Of a stretch of DNA of 64,000 bases, positions 47,865 through 58,850 are shown piece after piece. Position 1 is the first letter of the stretch. The number at the start of each line of letters is the position of its first letter. The notes under the pieces were generated by a model that saw only the letters and a list, made by a program, of their open reading frames with translations, made no database searches and was not told the DNA's origin. Origin of the DNA: Rhynchopus sp. YZ270_cl-10 (Eukaryota); assembly GCA_964035575.1 (NCBI GenBank), contig OZ037834.1, positions 1 to 64,000 on the forward strand. Reading direction: 5' to 3'. The position numbers and the translations under genes are program-made.

Positions 47865-49349
47865 TCAAACCCTTCTCTGTCCTGCTTTCAATGCAATACA
47901 TTGTCTTGCATCTCCAGGCACGTCTTCTTGCACTGCCTCAAAAGCTTCTATTTGCACATCTTCAAACTGTTCAGTCAACCTTGCGTAAAGGTGGCGCATA
48001 CGCTCACGGAAGGCCAGCTGCCCGAAGGGGGGTGCATTCAGGAGAGGCATCTCGTCGATGTCGATGCTGTCTGGCAGGATGACTGTTGTGAGTGCGTTGC
48101 AGTTGAGCAGGAAGCCCTGCTGGATCTCTGTGTCCCTGCCAAAACCTGACATGTCCAGCGTAGTCAATGAGGTGCAATCTTGCAGGAAAGATGCATCAAT
48201 CTGCGTAACATTGCTCAGTCCTGATAAGTCTGCTGTTGTCAACGCGGAGCACTCTTGCATCCAGTCGCACTCAATGTGAGTGATGCTGCGCAACACTGAT
48301 AAATCAACTGTTTTCAATGATGCGCACTCACCAAGAAAGCTGTGCCCAATGTCTGTGGCACTGCCAAAAGCTGAGAGGTCGATCCTTGCTAGCGAGGTGC
48401 ACCTCGAAAGAAAGTAGTACCCTACCTTCACAACGCTGTGCAGTGCTGTCAAGTCAATCGTTTCCAACGAAATGCATTCCGAACAAAAGTTATTCGCAAT
48501 TTCCGTCACATTGATCATCCCTGAAAAGCTGATGGTGGTCAACGACTTGCAGTTGAAGAGAAACTTGGAGCCGATCTTCGTGACGCTGTCAAAAGCTGAC
48601 AAATCAATGGTTGCCAACGAGGTGCAGTTCTGGAGGAAGCCGTTCTCAATGTGCGTGATGCTGCGCCATCCTGAGATGTCAAGACTTTCCAACGACATGC
48701 AGTTGAAAAGAAAGCCTCCACCAACCTTCCTCACGCTCGTCATCTCGGATAAGTCAAGATTTGTGACACCACTTCCTTCTAGGAACGCGTTCCCTATCAC
48801 CGTCACACCAGTGAACCCTGACACGTCAAGGCTTGTCAACGATGTACAGTAAGAGAGACAGCTAGCCTCAATGTGTGTGACGTTGCACAATCCCGACAAG
48901 TCAGCGGTTTCCATTACCATACACCCGTGGAGGAAGCAGCGCTCAATTCGTGTCACACCAGACACAGCAGAGAGATCAAGTCTCGTAAACGATGCTTCGC
49001 ACAAGAACTGCTTCGGAATAACAGTCGCAACCTCCGCCTGAAGAAGCAGAGAAGCCACCTCAGGATCCTTCACAGTCTTCAGCCTCTCTGCAGTGATGTC
49101 CCTCTCACCCAAGGCACGAAGTGCCTCACGAGATTGGTACTTCGTCGACTTCGTCAACACGACTGTGTCTCCAGCACTCAGTTCTGTGATGTCCTCTCCT
49201 TCCTCCTTCCCTCCGAAGCCCATGCGGAAGCTGTCTTCGCACAACCCCGTTGCAGACGCCACCTTCTGCCGCATCGTCTCCGTTGTGTCGTTCTCACCCA
49301 CCTCAATCACGAATTTGTTTTCATCATATCCCTGCACACACAGTTCCAT
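47865..49349 (-). CDS. Ubiquitin-like N-terminal domain plus BspA/LRR_5-like leucine-rich repeat protein (494 aa)
   Basis: ATG at 49349 (MELCVQGYDENKFVIEV…DTTETMRQKVASATG); about 12 repeats of ~25 aa, consensus LxxIDLSxxxxVTxIgxxFLxxCxS. Confidence 0.9.
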   Translation of the reverse strand: MELCVQGYDENKFVIEVGENDTTETMRQKVASATGLCEDSFRMGFGGKEEGEDITELSAGDTVVLTKSTKYQSREALRALGERDITAERLKTVKDPEVASLLLQAEVATVIPKQFLCEASFTRLDLSAVSGVTRIERCFLHGCMVMETADLSGLCNVTHIEASCLSYCTSLTSLDVSGFTGVTVIGNAFLEGSGVTNLDLSEMTSVRKVGGGFLFNCMSLESLDISGWRSITHIENGFLQNCTSLATIDLSAFDSVTKIGSKFLFNCKSLTTISFSGMINVTEIANNFCSECISLETIDLTALHSVVKVGYYFLSRCTSLARIDLSAFGSATDIGHSFLGECASLKTVDLSVLRSITHIECDWMQECSALTTADLSGLSNVTQIDASFLQDCTSLTTLDMSGFGRDTEIQQGFLLNCNALTTVILPDSIDIDEMPLLNAPPFGQLAFRERMRHLYARLTEQFEDVQIEAFEAVQEDVPGDARQCIALKAGQRRV

Positions 49350-50175
49350 TGTTTCGAGGTTAGTGTTACTCTGTTGTGGGGTGGTGTTAAGGAGGAGGCA
49401 CGATACAATAAAATAGTACAAAATAGCTTTCTTGTTTGTTTGTTTGCTTTTCACTTATCCTCACCCAGCCACATATGTGAAGGTAGAAAAGACTCTGGGC
49501 TGACAGGTTGCTCATAAAAAAGGGGGTGGGGAGACACTCCGGTTTTGTCAGAGTTGTGCACCAAACCTTTCAAACCCTCCCGCTTGCCCAGCTCTGTGGG
49601 CGTTTTATCTCGAAGAGGCGCTACGATGAGGGTGGCGAATGCGGACGCCGAAACAACCCAAACCAAAATCTACCAAAAAAAATCTGATGAAGATTTGTGT
49701 GAAGCGGTCAGGGTTTGAATGAAAGTTGTTTTTGCTTTGTGCTCTTTTTTGTTTTGGTGAAGTGGTAAGAGTTGAGGCTGATAACTAAACGGACTCCCCC
49801 CCGGCCAACCAGGTCAAAAACCTGAGGAAAACTAAAAAAATATTCTGACTAAGTAGACAACAATGTACCCACGTACCACGTCAAAACAAAGTCTTAGGAA
49901 ATCTCTATCAAAAGATCTCCCAACTCGCTTTGCAACGCACCAGACACGACACCCTCTCGGTCTTCCCCTCGTCGCCCCCCTCTCTATTTGACACATTGGG
50001 TGTCAGCTCCAGAATGTCGTCTCTCACCACAGTGGGTGCTGCATGCAATTTAACCATGAAATACAAAAGCCCTCTCGTTGACAGTGTACCCTTGGTTGGG
50101 ATGCCCGGTGCGCACACCGTCGTTTGTTCTGTTTTCTATTATTTTTCACAGCCAAACCATCACTCCCCCTCCTCC

Positions 50176-50559
50176 TCACAGCTCGTCGTCGCTTGCGTCA
50201 CTGCTGAGCTCGTCTAGGGCCCTGCGGAAGCGTGCAGCCTCGTCGCTCTGCATCAGCTTCGCCTGCACTGCGACAGGTGGTGCGGCTGCCTTGGCCAGGA
50301 GGGCACGCTGTGCTTCCTCCTCCTCCTCCTCGTCTGAGTCGTCAGCACGCTTGGGCACAGCTGCTGCTGCTGCTTCTTCTTCTGCCTTTGCCTTTGCCTG
50401 GCTCACCCTACACGCCCCTGCCACCCCCACCACAACTGCACCAGCAAGGACCATACGCATCTTTGCCTGACTCATCCCGCACGCCCACGCACCCGCCACA
50501 CCCGCCACAGCTACCCCTACTATGCCAACGTACAGGGTCTGTTCCATCAATTTGAACAT
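50176..50559 (-). CDS. Small membrane protein (~127 aa) with a duplicated hydrophobic segment and acidic tail
   Basis: AG|AATG context; VGVAVAGVAGAWACGMSQAK and VVVGVAGACRVSQAK repeats; GC-rich coding-like composition. Confidence 0.65.
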   Translation of the reverse strand: MFKLMEQTLYVGIVGVAVAGVAGAWACGMSQAKMRMVLAGAVVVGVAGACRVSQAKAKAEEEAAAAAVPKRADDSDEEEEEEAQRALLAKAAAPPVAVQAKLMQSDEAARFRRALDELSSDASDDEL

Positions 50560-51182
50560 TCTAGAAAAAAATAACAAAACAATGTATATGTCAGGCCAGT
50601 GTCCTAAACGATACTGCCACACCTGAAAGGGGGGGAGATGTGCTGTCTGTATACCCTATGTAACAACAACGGGGAGGTGAGGTGACCTCTGTAAATCGGC
50701 AAACCCACGCACGTCCTAGATGCAAAAAAGGGCACCCAAAAAAAAGACACGGTCCCGGGTTTACTCTGGAGAGAACAAAAAAGGAGCGGGTCGCACTGCT
50801 CCGGCAGCGCTAAAGTGACGAGAGCGAATCAGGGGATTAGGGTGTTAGGGTGCAATAAAAAAAACTGATTTTCAAAAAAAGGGGAGGATTTTTTTTTTTT
50901 GTGAGGTACGTACATTTAGGAGGTTGGTGTAGTTATTGGGAGGGGAATCAGTAGGGTGGTAGGAGGGTTCTGTTTTTTGTTAAAGTTTCGAAAAATTGTT
51001 GGAAATAGTGTAGTTGCCACCTATGCAAGCTCTACACTGTCCAGTTTTTGAGGGGGTGTCCGTACAATGTACTTGTATTTTTTCCCCCTCCTCTCCCCTC
51101 ACATAGGTCCGTCCTCCTCTCTTGCTCACGTTGTCCCTCCCCTTTCTGTGTTGTCTAGAGTACGCTTCTGCTGGGTTGGGGA

Positions 51183-51326
51183 CTACTCAGATTCAGTGTC
51201 ATCATCGCGCTTGGGTGCGGACGGTGCAGGTGGTGGTGGATTGCATGCCTTCACTGCGTACGTGCCGGCACCGAAGACAAGACCTGCGAGGGCGAGGTAC
51301 TTCGCCAGTCGGAGGGGGCAGATCAT
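51183..51326 (-). CDS. Putative 47-aa single-pass microprotein
   Basis: Manual translation MICPLRLAKYLALAGLVFGAGTYAVKACNPPPPAPSAPKRDDDTESE*; preceded by GCACAG; architecture resembles the neighbouring ORF (PKRADDSDEE). Confidence 0.4.
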   Translation of the reverse strand: MICPLRLAKYLALAGLVFGAGTYAVKACNPPPPAPSAPKRDDDTESE

Positions 51327-51411
51327 TATGGTGTACTAGTCTGTGCAAAAGGGGGGTTTGAAAGTTTGTTTGTTTTTTGTTTTTTTTTGTTTTTCATCCA
51401 TTCATCTACAC

Positions 51412-51806
51412 CAGGGCACTAGCTAGACTTTTTTTTTCCCGTTTTTTTTGCGGAAAAAAAAAATTAGGGTACGGTGTAAAGATGCCGGTTTTACACCAGA
51501 GTCACTCAACAAAAAAGGAAAATGGCGCCGCAGGCAAAAAAAAATATGGGTTAACTCCGCTCGCGAAGCGAGCGGAAATTTTTTTGGGGTGTACTCCCGT
51601 GAACGCAGCGAGCAGAAAAAATTAAGGTGCTGTCATGCCAGTCATCTGGGGGTCGGGCGAGGGGGCCCCAACAGTGCCCAAAACCCCCCACATTTTTTTT
51701 TTCTTCTGCCCCGAGATTTTCCGTTTTTTTTTTTTTTTTTCGCCAAACCGCAAAACCGGGTTTTTGCGGTTTTGAAACCGCAAAAAAGCACCTAGCTAGT
51801 GCCCTG
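51412..51806. mobile_element. hAT-like MITE, 8-bp TSD
   Basis: TIRs CAGGGCACTAGCTAG / CTAGCTAGTGCCCTG; TSD ATCTACAC on both sides. Confidence 0.92.
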
Positions 51807-52469
51807 ATCTACACCCCGTATTGTAATGGTGACAATATTGATGGGAGACCATTGGCATACGCAAAATACATCAAAATACATCACAATACACATATTGGGT
51901 GAGAAGGAGAAGGTGTGAGGCAACACAAAAAAAGTTAAACCAGCCTTTTGTTTTGTGTCTTTTTTTCAATTTTTTTCCAGCCAAAAAAAAAGATGAAGAA
52001 AATATTTTGTTTGTCCATCCCAACATCTCTTGGGAGAAATAGACACTACTTTTGTTTTTGTTTTTTTTTTTTTTTGAAAACTTGGTTGTATTAGTGTAGC
52101 CACCCGAGGATGAGCTCCACTATATTTGCTTTTTTTCACTATGACCTACAACTGGGTAGGCGTGACGCTGGCTACCAAAGCACCTTTCCAGCAGCCGCGA
52201 ACACTGCACACTACACTCCGAATCTCATTTTGCTTCTTTTGTTTCTCTTTCCCCTCTTTCTCTTCATTTTTTTTTTTTTCTTTTTTTTCCATTCGTTCTA
52301 TTCTTTTCTTTATCCCTCACTTTTTTTCCCTCCAAATTCTAATATCTAGTTGGGTGGGCGGGAGGAGGAGGAAATGGGGCGGGGAGGTGGGGAGAGGGGG
52401 ATTCCACAATAGAACGAAATCCTCAAGGATCTGCTGCCCATAAAACCCCCCTTCAGTGGAACCCCCTTA

Positions 52470-52897
52470 GGCAATACCTCAAAGGCAAATTCGTATTCGG
52501 CCCTATATATTCGGATTCCCAAAAACCCCTGGACCATATTCGCCCTATATTCAGATCCGAATATTGTATTCAGATCCGAATATAGGGCGAAAAAAAAGAA
52601 GAAATATAGGCGAATAAGGCATTCACCCTATTTTCTTCTATATTCGCCTTACACTCTATACTATGGATACGGCACGTAGTCGGGCAGAAAAATACTCCCG
52701 AATAAAAAAAATACTCCAGACTGAGTCGAGACTGAGTCTGGACTGACTCATTCAACCTGGACTCAGTCCGGTAAATATAACTCAGTCTGGGCGTCAGCCA
52801 AAACTCAGGCTGAGTCGGCCAGACTCGGACCATATGCACAGTATGATATTCGGATCCGAATATAGGGCGAATACGAATTCACCTTCGGGGTATTGTC
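52470..52897. mobile_element. GGCAATACC-family MITE at (Y)TAG
   Basis: TIRs GGCAATACCTCAAAGGCAAATTCGTATTCG / CGAATACGAATTCACCTTCGGGGTATTGTC; TA flanks; same family as 63085-63338. Confidence 0.75.
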
Positions 52898-53306
52898 TAG
52901 GGGGTTTGAAAGTGTGTTTTGCTTTTTGTTTTTTGCTACTTTTTTACTTATTTGTTTGTTTACTTTTGCAGCATGACCAAAGGGTCGTTAAGACAGGGTG
53001 CCTAGGGGGTGGAGAGAAAAAGCGTCGATAAGATGAGATGGGGGATCTTGAGCAAAAAACAAAAAAAAAAAAAACCTCTGTGCATATTGGCCACCTTGGT
53101 AATGTCATGTACACACCATTTGAAGAGAATGGCACAACAAAAGGACGTTCAATAAAACGATACGTCGCTTTTAAAGAAAAGAGGGTGGCGGGGTCAGAGA
53201 GTGATAACGGAGAACGGACAGAAGGGGGACAACTCATTTTGTTTTGCCGAGAATTGCGGAAATTTGACAGAACAAAGGAAGGGGAAAAGGGGGGGAGGAA
53301 AGCACA

Positions 53307-53492
53307 CACGACGGACTAGTTATGGCCATGACAGGTGATTTTACTAGTAAAATGACAGGTGAAAATTCTTGACAGGCGGCACCTGTCATTTTGACAGGTA
53401 CCACCTGTCATACCACTAGTAATATTCAATTATCACCTGTCATATTTATAACTAGTAACACCACCTGTCATGGCCATAACTAGTCCGTCGTG
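53307..53492. mobile_element. CACTA/CMC-like MITE (CACGACGG termini), 2-bp TSD
   Basis: 31-bp perfect TIR CACGACGGACTAGTTATGGCCATGACAGGTG; TSD CA; TGACAGGT internal repeats. Confidence 0.88.
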
Positions 53493-54483
53493 CACCTACA
53501 CAGCTTTGGGCAAATGTTCCGCTCTTCGGAACTACCTGGGTACCCTTCGTTCAAACAACTTCTGTTTTTTTCTATTTCCCCCCACAAACGTTATCGTTTG
53601 TGGGAACACCTTAGAAGAAATTAGAGGGAGGGGGGGTAACGAGCAAAAGAAGAAAAAACGAAAACAAAAGAACACCTAAGATGGATGTGCCTCTCGCAAA
53701 CACACACATCTTTAAAAAAAGGGAAAAGACACAACGTTGAAACACTGGGGAAAAGGACGGGCAGAGGGGAACTAGAGCTGTGGGTATATGGGCATTTGCA
53801 ATGCCACTTTTCTTGATAAATTGGTGGAGGAGTGAAGTTGCCTCGGCTGTGTTGCCACAGTTGTGCAATCTCCACTGTGTGTTTTTTTTCCTTTTTGAAT
53901 TTCCTTTTTCTTTTTTTGAAAACTTTTTGGGAACGGAGCATGCACGGTCCTGGAAGCTCCAAGAACATGGAGTTGGCGGGCTTAATAGGAAGTTGCCTTC
54001 CTAAACGTGCACAACTTCTTTTTTCTTCCTTTTTTTGAAAACTTGGTTTTTTTTGTTGTATTAGTGTAGACACCCCGAGGATGAGCTCCACTATTATTAT
54101 TTTTTTTTTTTTTCGCTGAGTGCTGCTTTTTTGGGCAATGCTTCGCTCTGTGGTGCTGGAGGGGGTCGATATTGACAGATCGTTGACAGATCGTTGACCG
54201 ATTTCCGAAACACACCACTCTGGAGAAACCTATCCCAACACACGACTGCTTTCAGCACTCAGACAGACCCGCGACGACACTGTTTTTTTTTATATTGCAC
54301 AAAAATAAAAAAAGCAAGGGAGAGACGACGTACCGTTTGTGTGGGGGCAAAAGAAAGGGGGGGAAAAAGGGGGATGAGGAAATGGAAGTATTCTAGAGGG
54401 GATCTAAGTGGGTAAGAAACGAGAAAAAAAACTTGTAAAAAGATGCAAATTGTGCCTTTCGTGGACACAACATCAAGAATATG

Positions 54484-55727
54484 CAGGGGTGGCTCTAAGT
54501 TGAGCCAAAAACCCCGATTTTGGCCGAGGTGCCAATGACTTTTTTCTGTACAAATGCCACACGTAAAAAACTCCCGGAAACCCATTCCGAGCTTTCCGGT
54601 CGGTACGTTGGCGGGGCATCTCCCCGCATATTTTCAAAACCCATTCCGAGCTTTCCGGTCGGTGCGTTGGCGGGGCATCTCCCGTCATATTTTTGAGAGG
54701 GGTTTTTCGGGGGTGGGGGTTGAAGAAGGGGAAAAATGAGTCAAATAGGAGAAGGGGCGGTTGTGAACTATCCCGTCCCCAGGCCTCTCCGGGTGGGTCG
54801 GGGTGTGCAAGCAAAGTTAAAGCAAAGGGGTGGGGGTGAGGAAAAGAAAAGTATGGTCAAAAGTGACGTAAGGACACCACTAAGCGGTGCACAGAAAGGG
54901 AAGATGCCCTTGCGTATGAACTAGGGAGGGAGGGGATGGGAAACCAAGACTAATTAACGCAAATACGAAACAGAACTGATTCCTGGCGAAGCCACGGTAC
55001 GCAACATTTCTAAAAAAATGTTGACATCAAATGGCACTGTCGTTGGTCATTATCGTCAGTTCCCGTAAATGTTACTAGTCTAGTAGACTAAGGTTCCTGG
55101 CGAAGCCACGGTACGCAACATTTCAAAATATTGTGCTTAAAATTGCACATTTTACAGCCAAACTATGTCATGGGTGGCTTGCAATCTTGCGCCGCAGGCG
55201 CACGGTACGCTACTTTTTTCCTTTCGCCATGCTGCATGCTTCCTTTTCCTTCGGCGTTTGACCAATTGGGTCGCGTTCTGGCTGTGACGGGGTCACTTTG
55301 TTCATGAGGCCAGTTCTGGTCACTCTTAGAGGTTTGTGTGAGGTACCCCCAAGATATATCATTTTGGGTTTTTTTTTTTGGCCTGGCCGGGTGGTTATTT
55401 TTTTTTTTTCCCCAGACCGGGTAAATATTTTTTTTTTTATTTTACCCGGTCTAGGGACCACTAACATATAAGGAGATAAAACCCTGTGTGTTTCTTCTTT
55501 TTTTCCTTTTTTTTTAAAGAATTTTTTTTGGGGGCCGGTGGGTGGGGGCTCCGCCCCCCACCCCCACCCCCCCCCCCCCCACCTCCCATGTGGCAAAAGT
55601 CCAGAAAAAATATTTTGCCTGTGGCATTTGTACAGAAAAAATATTTTTTTTACGTGTGGCATTTGTACAGAAAAAAAGTGTGTTTTCGGAGGGGTGCCAT
55701 GGGCCCATGGACTTACAAAAGGCCCTG
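54484..55727. mobile_element. Non-autonomous hAT-like element, 8-bp TSD
   Basis: CAGGG…CCCTG ends; TSD AGAATATG on both sides; inverted subterminal TTTTTCTGTACAAATGCCACACGTAAAAAA. Confidence 0.88.
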
Positions 55728-55861
55728 AGAATATGACTATAAAAAAAAAAAACGAAAACGAAAAAACTTGAAATACAAAGCCCTCTCGTGACAGTGTACC
55801 ACAACAAAAAAAAAAGGGGGGGATTTCCCAAGTCTGTGTGGGAACATAATAAAAGTTACAG

Positions 55862-55926
55862 TGGTGTAGCTGAATGGCGCGCAAGAAGTGCGCAAAAAGT
55901 GCGAATCCACCCCTTCAGCCACACCA
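55862..55926. mobile_element. 65-bp MITE, 5-bp TSD
   Basis: TIRs TGGTGTAGCTGAA / TTCAGCCACACCA; TSD TACAG; degenerate relative at ~34664-34745. Confidence 0.75.
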
Positions 55927-56100
55927 TACAGTGTACTTTTTATATTTTGTTCGATTGATGCAATGTGAGTGGGGGGGAACATTCCCTCGAAGAAGAAAAG
56001 GTTCGTACTATTGCACCTATTCTGAGTCACCTGACAGAGAAAGATGGCAAATGACACGATTGTATTTCTTGGTCTGGCTCTCTTGTTGTCGATGACGACG

Positions 56101-56244
56101 CACGACGGACCCAGTGATAAGTGAAAAAGGTGACAAGTAAATGACAAGTAAATCACTTGTCATGACAAGTGACGTATTTGTCATTTCACTTGTCATAAAT
56201 CACTTGTCATTTTCACTTGTTACTTGTCACTGGGTCCCGTCGTG
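56101..56244. mobile_element. CACGACGG-terminus MITE with TGACAAGT repeats
   Basis: TIRs CACGACGGACCCAGTGA / TCACTGGGTCCCGTCGTG. Confidence 0.8.
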
Positions 56245-56582
56245 AGGGGGGCAGAGGGGCAGGGGGGCTATACAGCTTCTGTGCTTACTGAACACAGAAC
56301 GGGGGGAGAGGGAAGGTGGGGTGAGAGAATAGGGGGAGAGAAGAAGCTGGTGGCATGCAAGAAAAACGCTTCTTGTACGATACTGTTATGTGGGGGTTGC
56401 CTTTTTTTTAACGCACACTACTTTTGTGAGCGGAAAGTGTCAAACGTCGTTTCACTCATCCGAACCGTGCTCCACAACACCACCTACCCAACAAATGGAC
56501 AGTATGTGTAGAAGCGTCAACGCACCAAACAACTACAAGAAAGGGTGAGGGAACGACAAATGACACCTTTTTTCTTAACACG

Positions 56583-56624
56583 CACGGTGGAGTCCGCCCA
56601 AAATGGGCGAAATGGACCACCGTG
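56583..56624. mobile_element. 42-bp CACGGTGG mini-MITE, 2-bp TSD
   Basis: CACGGTGG…CCACCGTG with TSD CG; left end identical to the 57380 element. Confidence 0.7.
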
Positions 56625-57379
56625 CGTAGTGTATTAAGATACTAGACCACAACATTACCCGCTCTGATATAACACTTTTTGGGGGAGTTTTGTTCTGCTT
56701 TTTTTGAAAATTTGGTTGTATTAGTGTAGACACCCGAGGATGAACTCCACTATACATAATAATTTTTTTATTGGGTGGGGCAATGTGGCGGGTGAAAACG
56801 TTTTATGGCGATGTATCGACTGCAAAAATACATCTCACTATCTGAGGAAGCCAGACCCTTTGTTCTTCACACAAGAATGGGGGGGAAAAAAAACTTGAAA
56901 TAAAAAGAAGCAAACGTAACGGGAAACAAAAAAAAAGAAATTTGACTTGAAATACAAAAAAAAAAGCCCTCTCTCATTGCGTAGTGTACCTAAACGGTGT
57001 AGACACGCCCTTTTTTTTTGGATGTACAAGCCTTCCAAGAAAGACAACTTAAAGGGGGTGAATAAAAGGATACGATTGGGTGAAGATGCAGACCTATACC
57101 TCTCTCTCTCTTGTGTTTGTCCATTGAGAACGTATTGCGTATTGTGAACTGTGGAAAGCATGGAACGTCCTCAATGAAGCAATGGATGTACAGAATGGGT
57201 GTTGATTCAGACACACCTCTGACTGACTTCATGAAAGCGCAATTAGTTTGCGGAATAAAAGAAAAAAAAAAGGGCTTTCATCGCACAAACCTACGTTGTG
57301 TTTAGTCACCCAAAAAAAAAAAAAAGAGAGAGAGAGTTGAAAAGTACAAAACACCTCACCGTTCATCGACGCAAACACT

Positions 57380-57484
57380 CACGGTGGAGTCCGCCCAAAA
57401 TTTCCAAAGAGTCCACCCTTTTGGGTGGACTCTTCAGGCGGCCCTCCGATAAAGAGTCCACCATTTTGGGCAGACTCCATTGTG
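57380..57484. mobile_element. CACGGTGGAGTCCGCCCAAAA MITE, 2-bp TSD
   Basis: Imperfect 21-bp TIRs; TSD CT. Confidence 0.8.
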
Positions 57485-58668
57485 CTGCATTTAAAAAAAA
57501 AAATGGAAAAGTTTATAAGATGACCCTAAGCCTCTCGTAGTCACCTTACTCAAAAAAAATAAACCTTTGAGGACCCAATCTGTAACGACGTTAGTAAGGG
57601 GACTGACACTGAAAGGGAGGGAGAGGGAGAGGGTGTTTCTAGAAGGGGGTGGGAAGGGGGAGAAGGAGGGAGGAGGTGGAAAGAAAGGAGTATAAAAAAA
57701 AAACCATATCAGCAAGAAAAATCTTAGATTCATATACTTTCAGTTCACAGAATTGAAAGTATTTGAGAGGGTCAACACAATGCACCCTTTAAGAAAATCT
57801 GAAACCGGGTAATTGCAGGATTTTACCCACACATCCATAACCTTCTCTAGAGCCAAACCTTCTAACCCAGAGAAGGGCTAGTGGAGTATACAGTTCACGA
57901 ATTCTTTATTTGCTTTTTGTTTTGTGTCGACAGGGTAGAATTGAAATACAAAGCCCTCTCGCGGCAGTGTACCTTTATTTGAATTGCATACCCGAGAGGA
58001 TAAGGGTCTGTACTAAATATTGCCTAGGCTATTGAACTCAAAGGACGAAGCAGAAAGTCATCTTCATCTTCAACTCAGGAAAGCAGCTTTTTTTTTTTTG
58101 AAAAATTTATTGGTTTTAGTGTAGACACCCCCGAAGATGAACACCACTATACTATACGCGTCTAAGTGATGCTGGAGTTACTCCGTGCTCATATTTCCCT
58201 TTTTCCTTTTTTTTTTCCCCACTCCTCAAAAGGCTGTGTGATGTCGACAATCACTTTCCACCTATCAAAGGACTTTTTTTTAATTTCTCTCTCTTTTTTT
58301 TTTTTTTTTTTTTTTTTTGAAAAACTTTTTGAACTTTTTTTTATTTCTACTACCTTACTATCTTACTACCTTTTCTCCAACCCCCCCACCCCCCAACCCA
58401 CCCTTTTTTGTACCCCCTCTATGAAGCCCTATTCAGTACTCCCAAAAAACCCCCCTCAAAAAAAAAAAAAGTTGACTTGAAATACAAAGAACAGTGTACT
58501 TTGGTACAATGACCGGTTGTACTGGGGGTGGTGGACACCCAACCCATGCAGTCCTCACAATCCATTTTCGTGGTTTTACATCTGATGTGCGCGCTACTCC
58601 CCGCTTTCATCAAAAAGGTTGACCCTTTTTGATGACCTGAACACCGGGGGGGTGGATTGTAGGGAAAC

Positions 58669-58726
58669 CTCTCACTCTCTCACTCTCTCACTCTCTCACT
58701 CTCTCACTCTCTCACTCTCTCACTCT
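58669..58726. repeat. Octamer minisatellite (CTCTCACT)n
   Basis: About seven perfect units. Confidence 0.9.
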
Positions 58727-58850
58727 GCTGTGGCTACGTGACTCTGTGCATCGCTTCCGGTCTGCATGGTGCTTCCGTGATCCTCAACTGCTCTCCCCAC
58801 ATGGTAAGATGCTGTGGGCTTGGCTCCAGACTGCTTGTGACGGCTCGCTC

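Noticed and set aside
55862..55926. tRNA-like A/B boxes (TAGCTGAATGG, GTGCGAATCC)
   Set aside because: Better explained as a TIR element with a 5-bp TSD; no cloverleaf.
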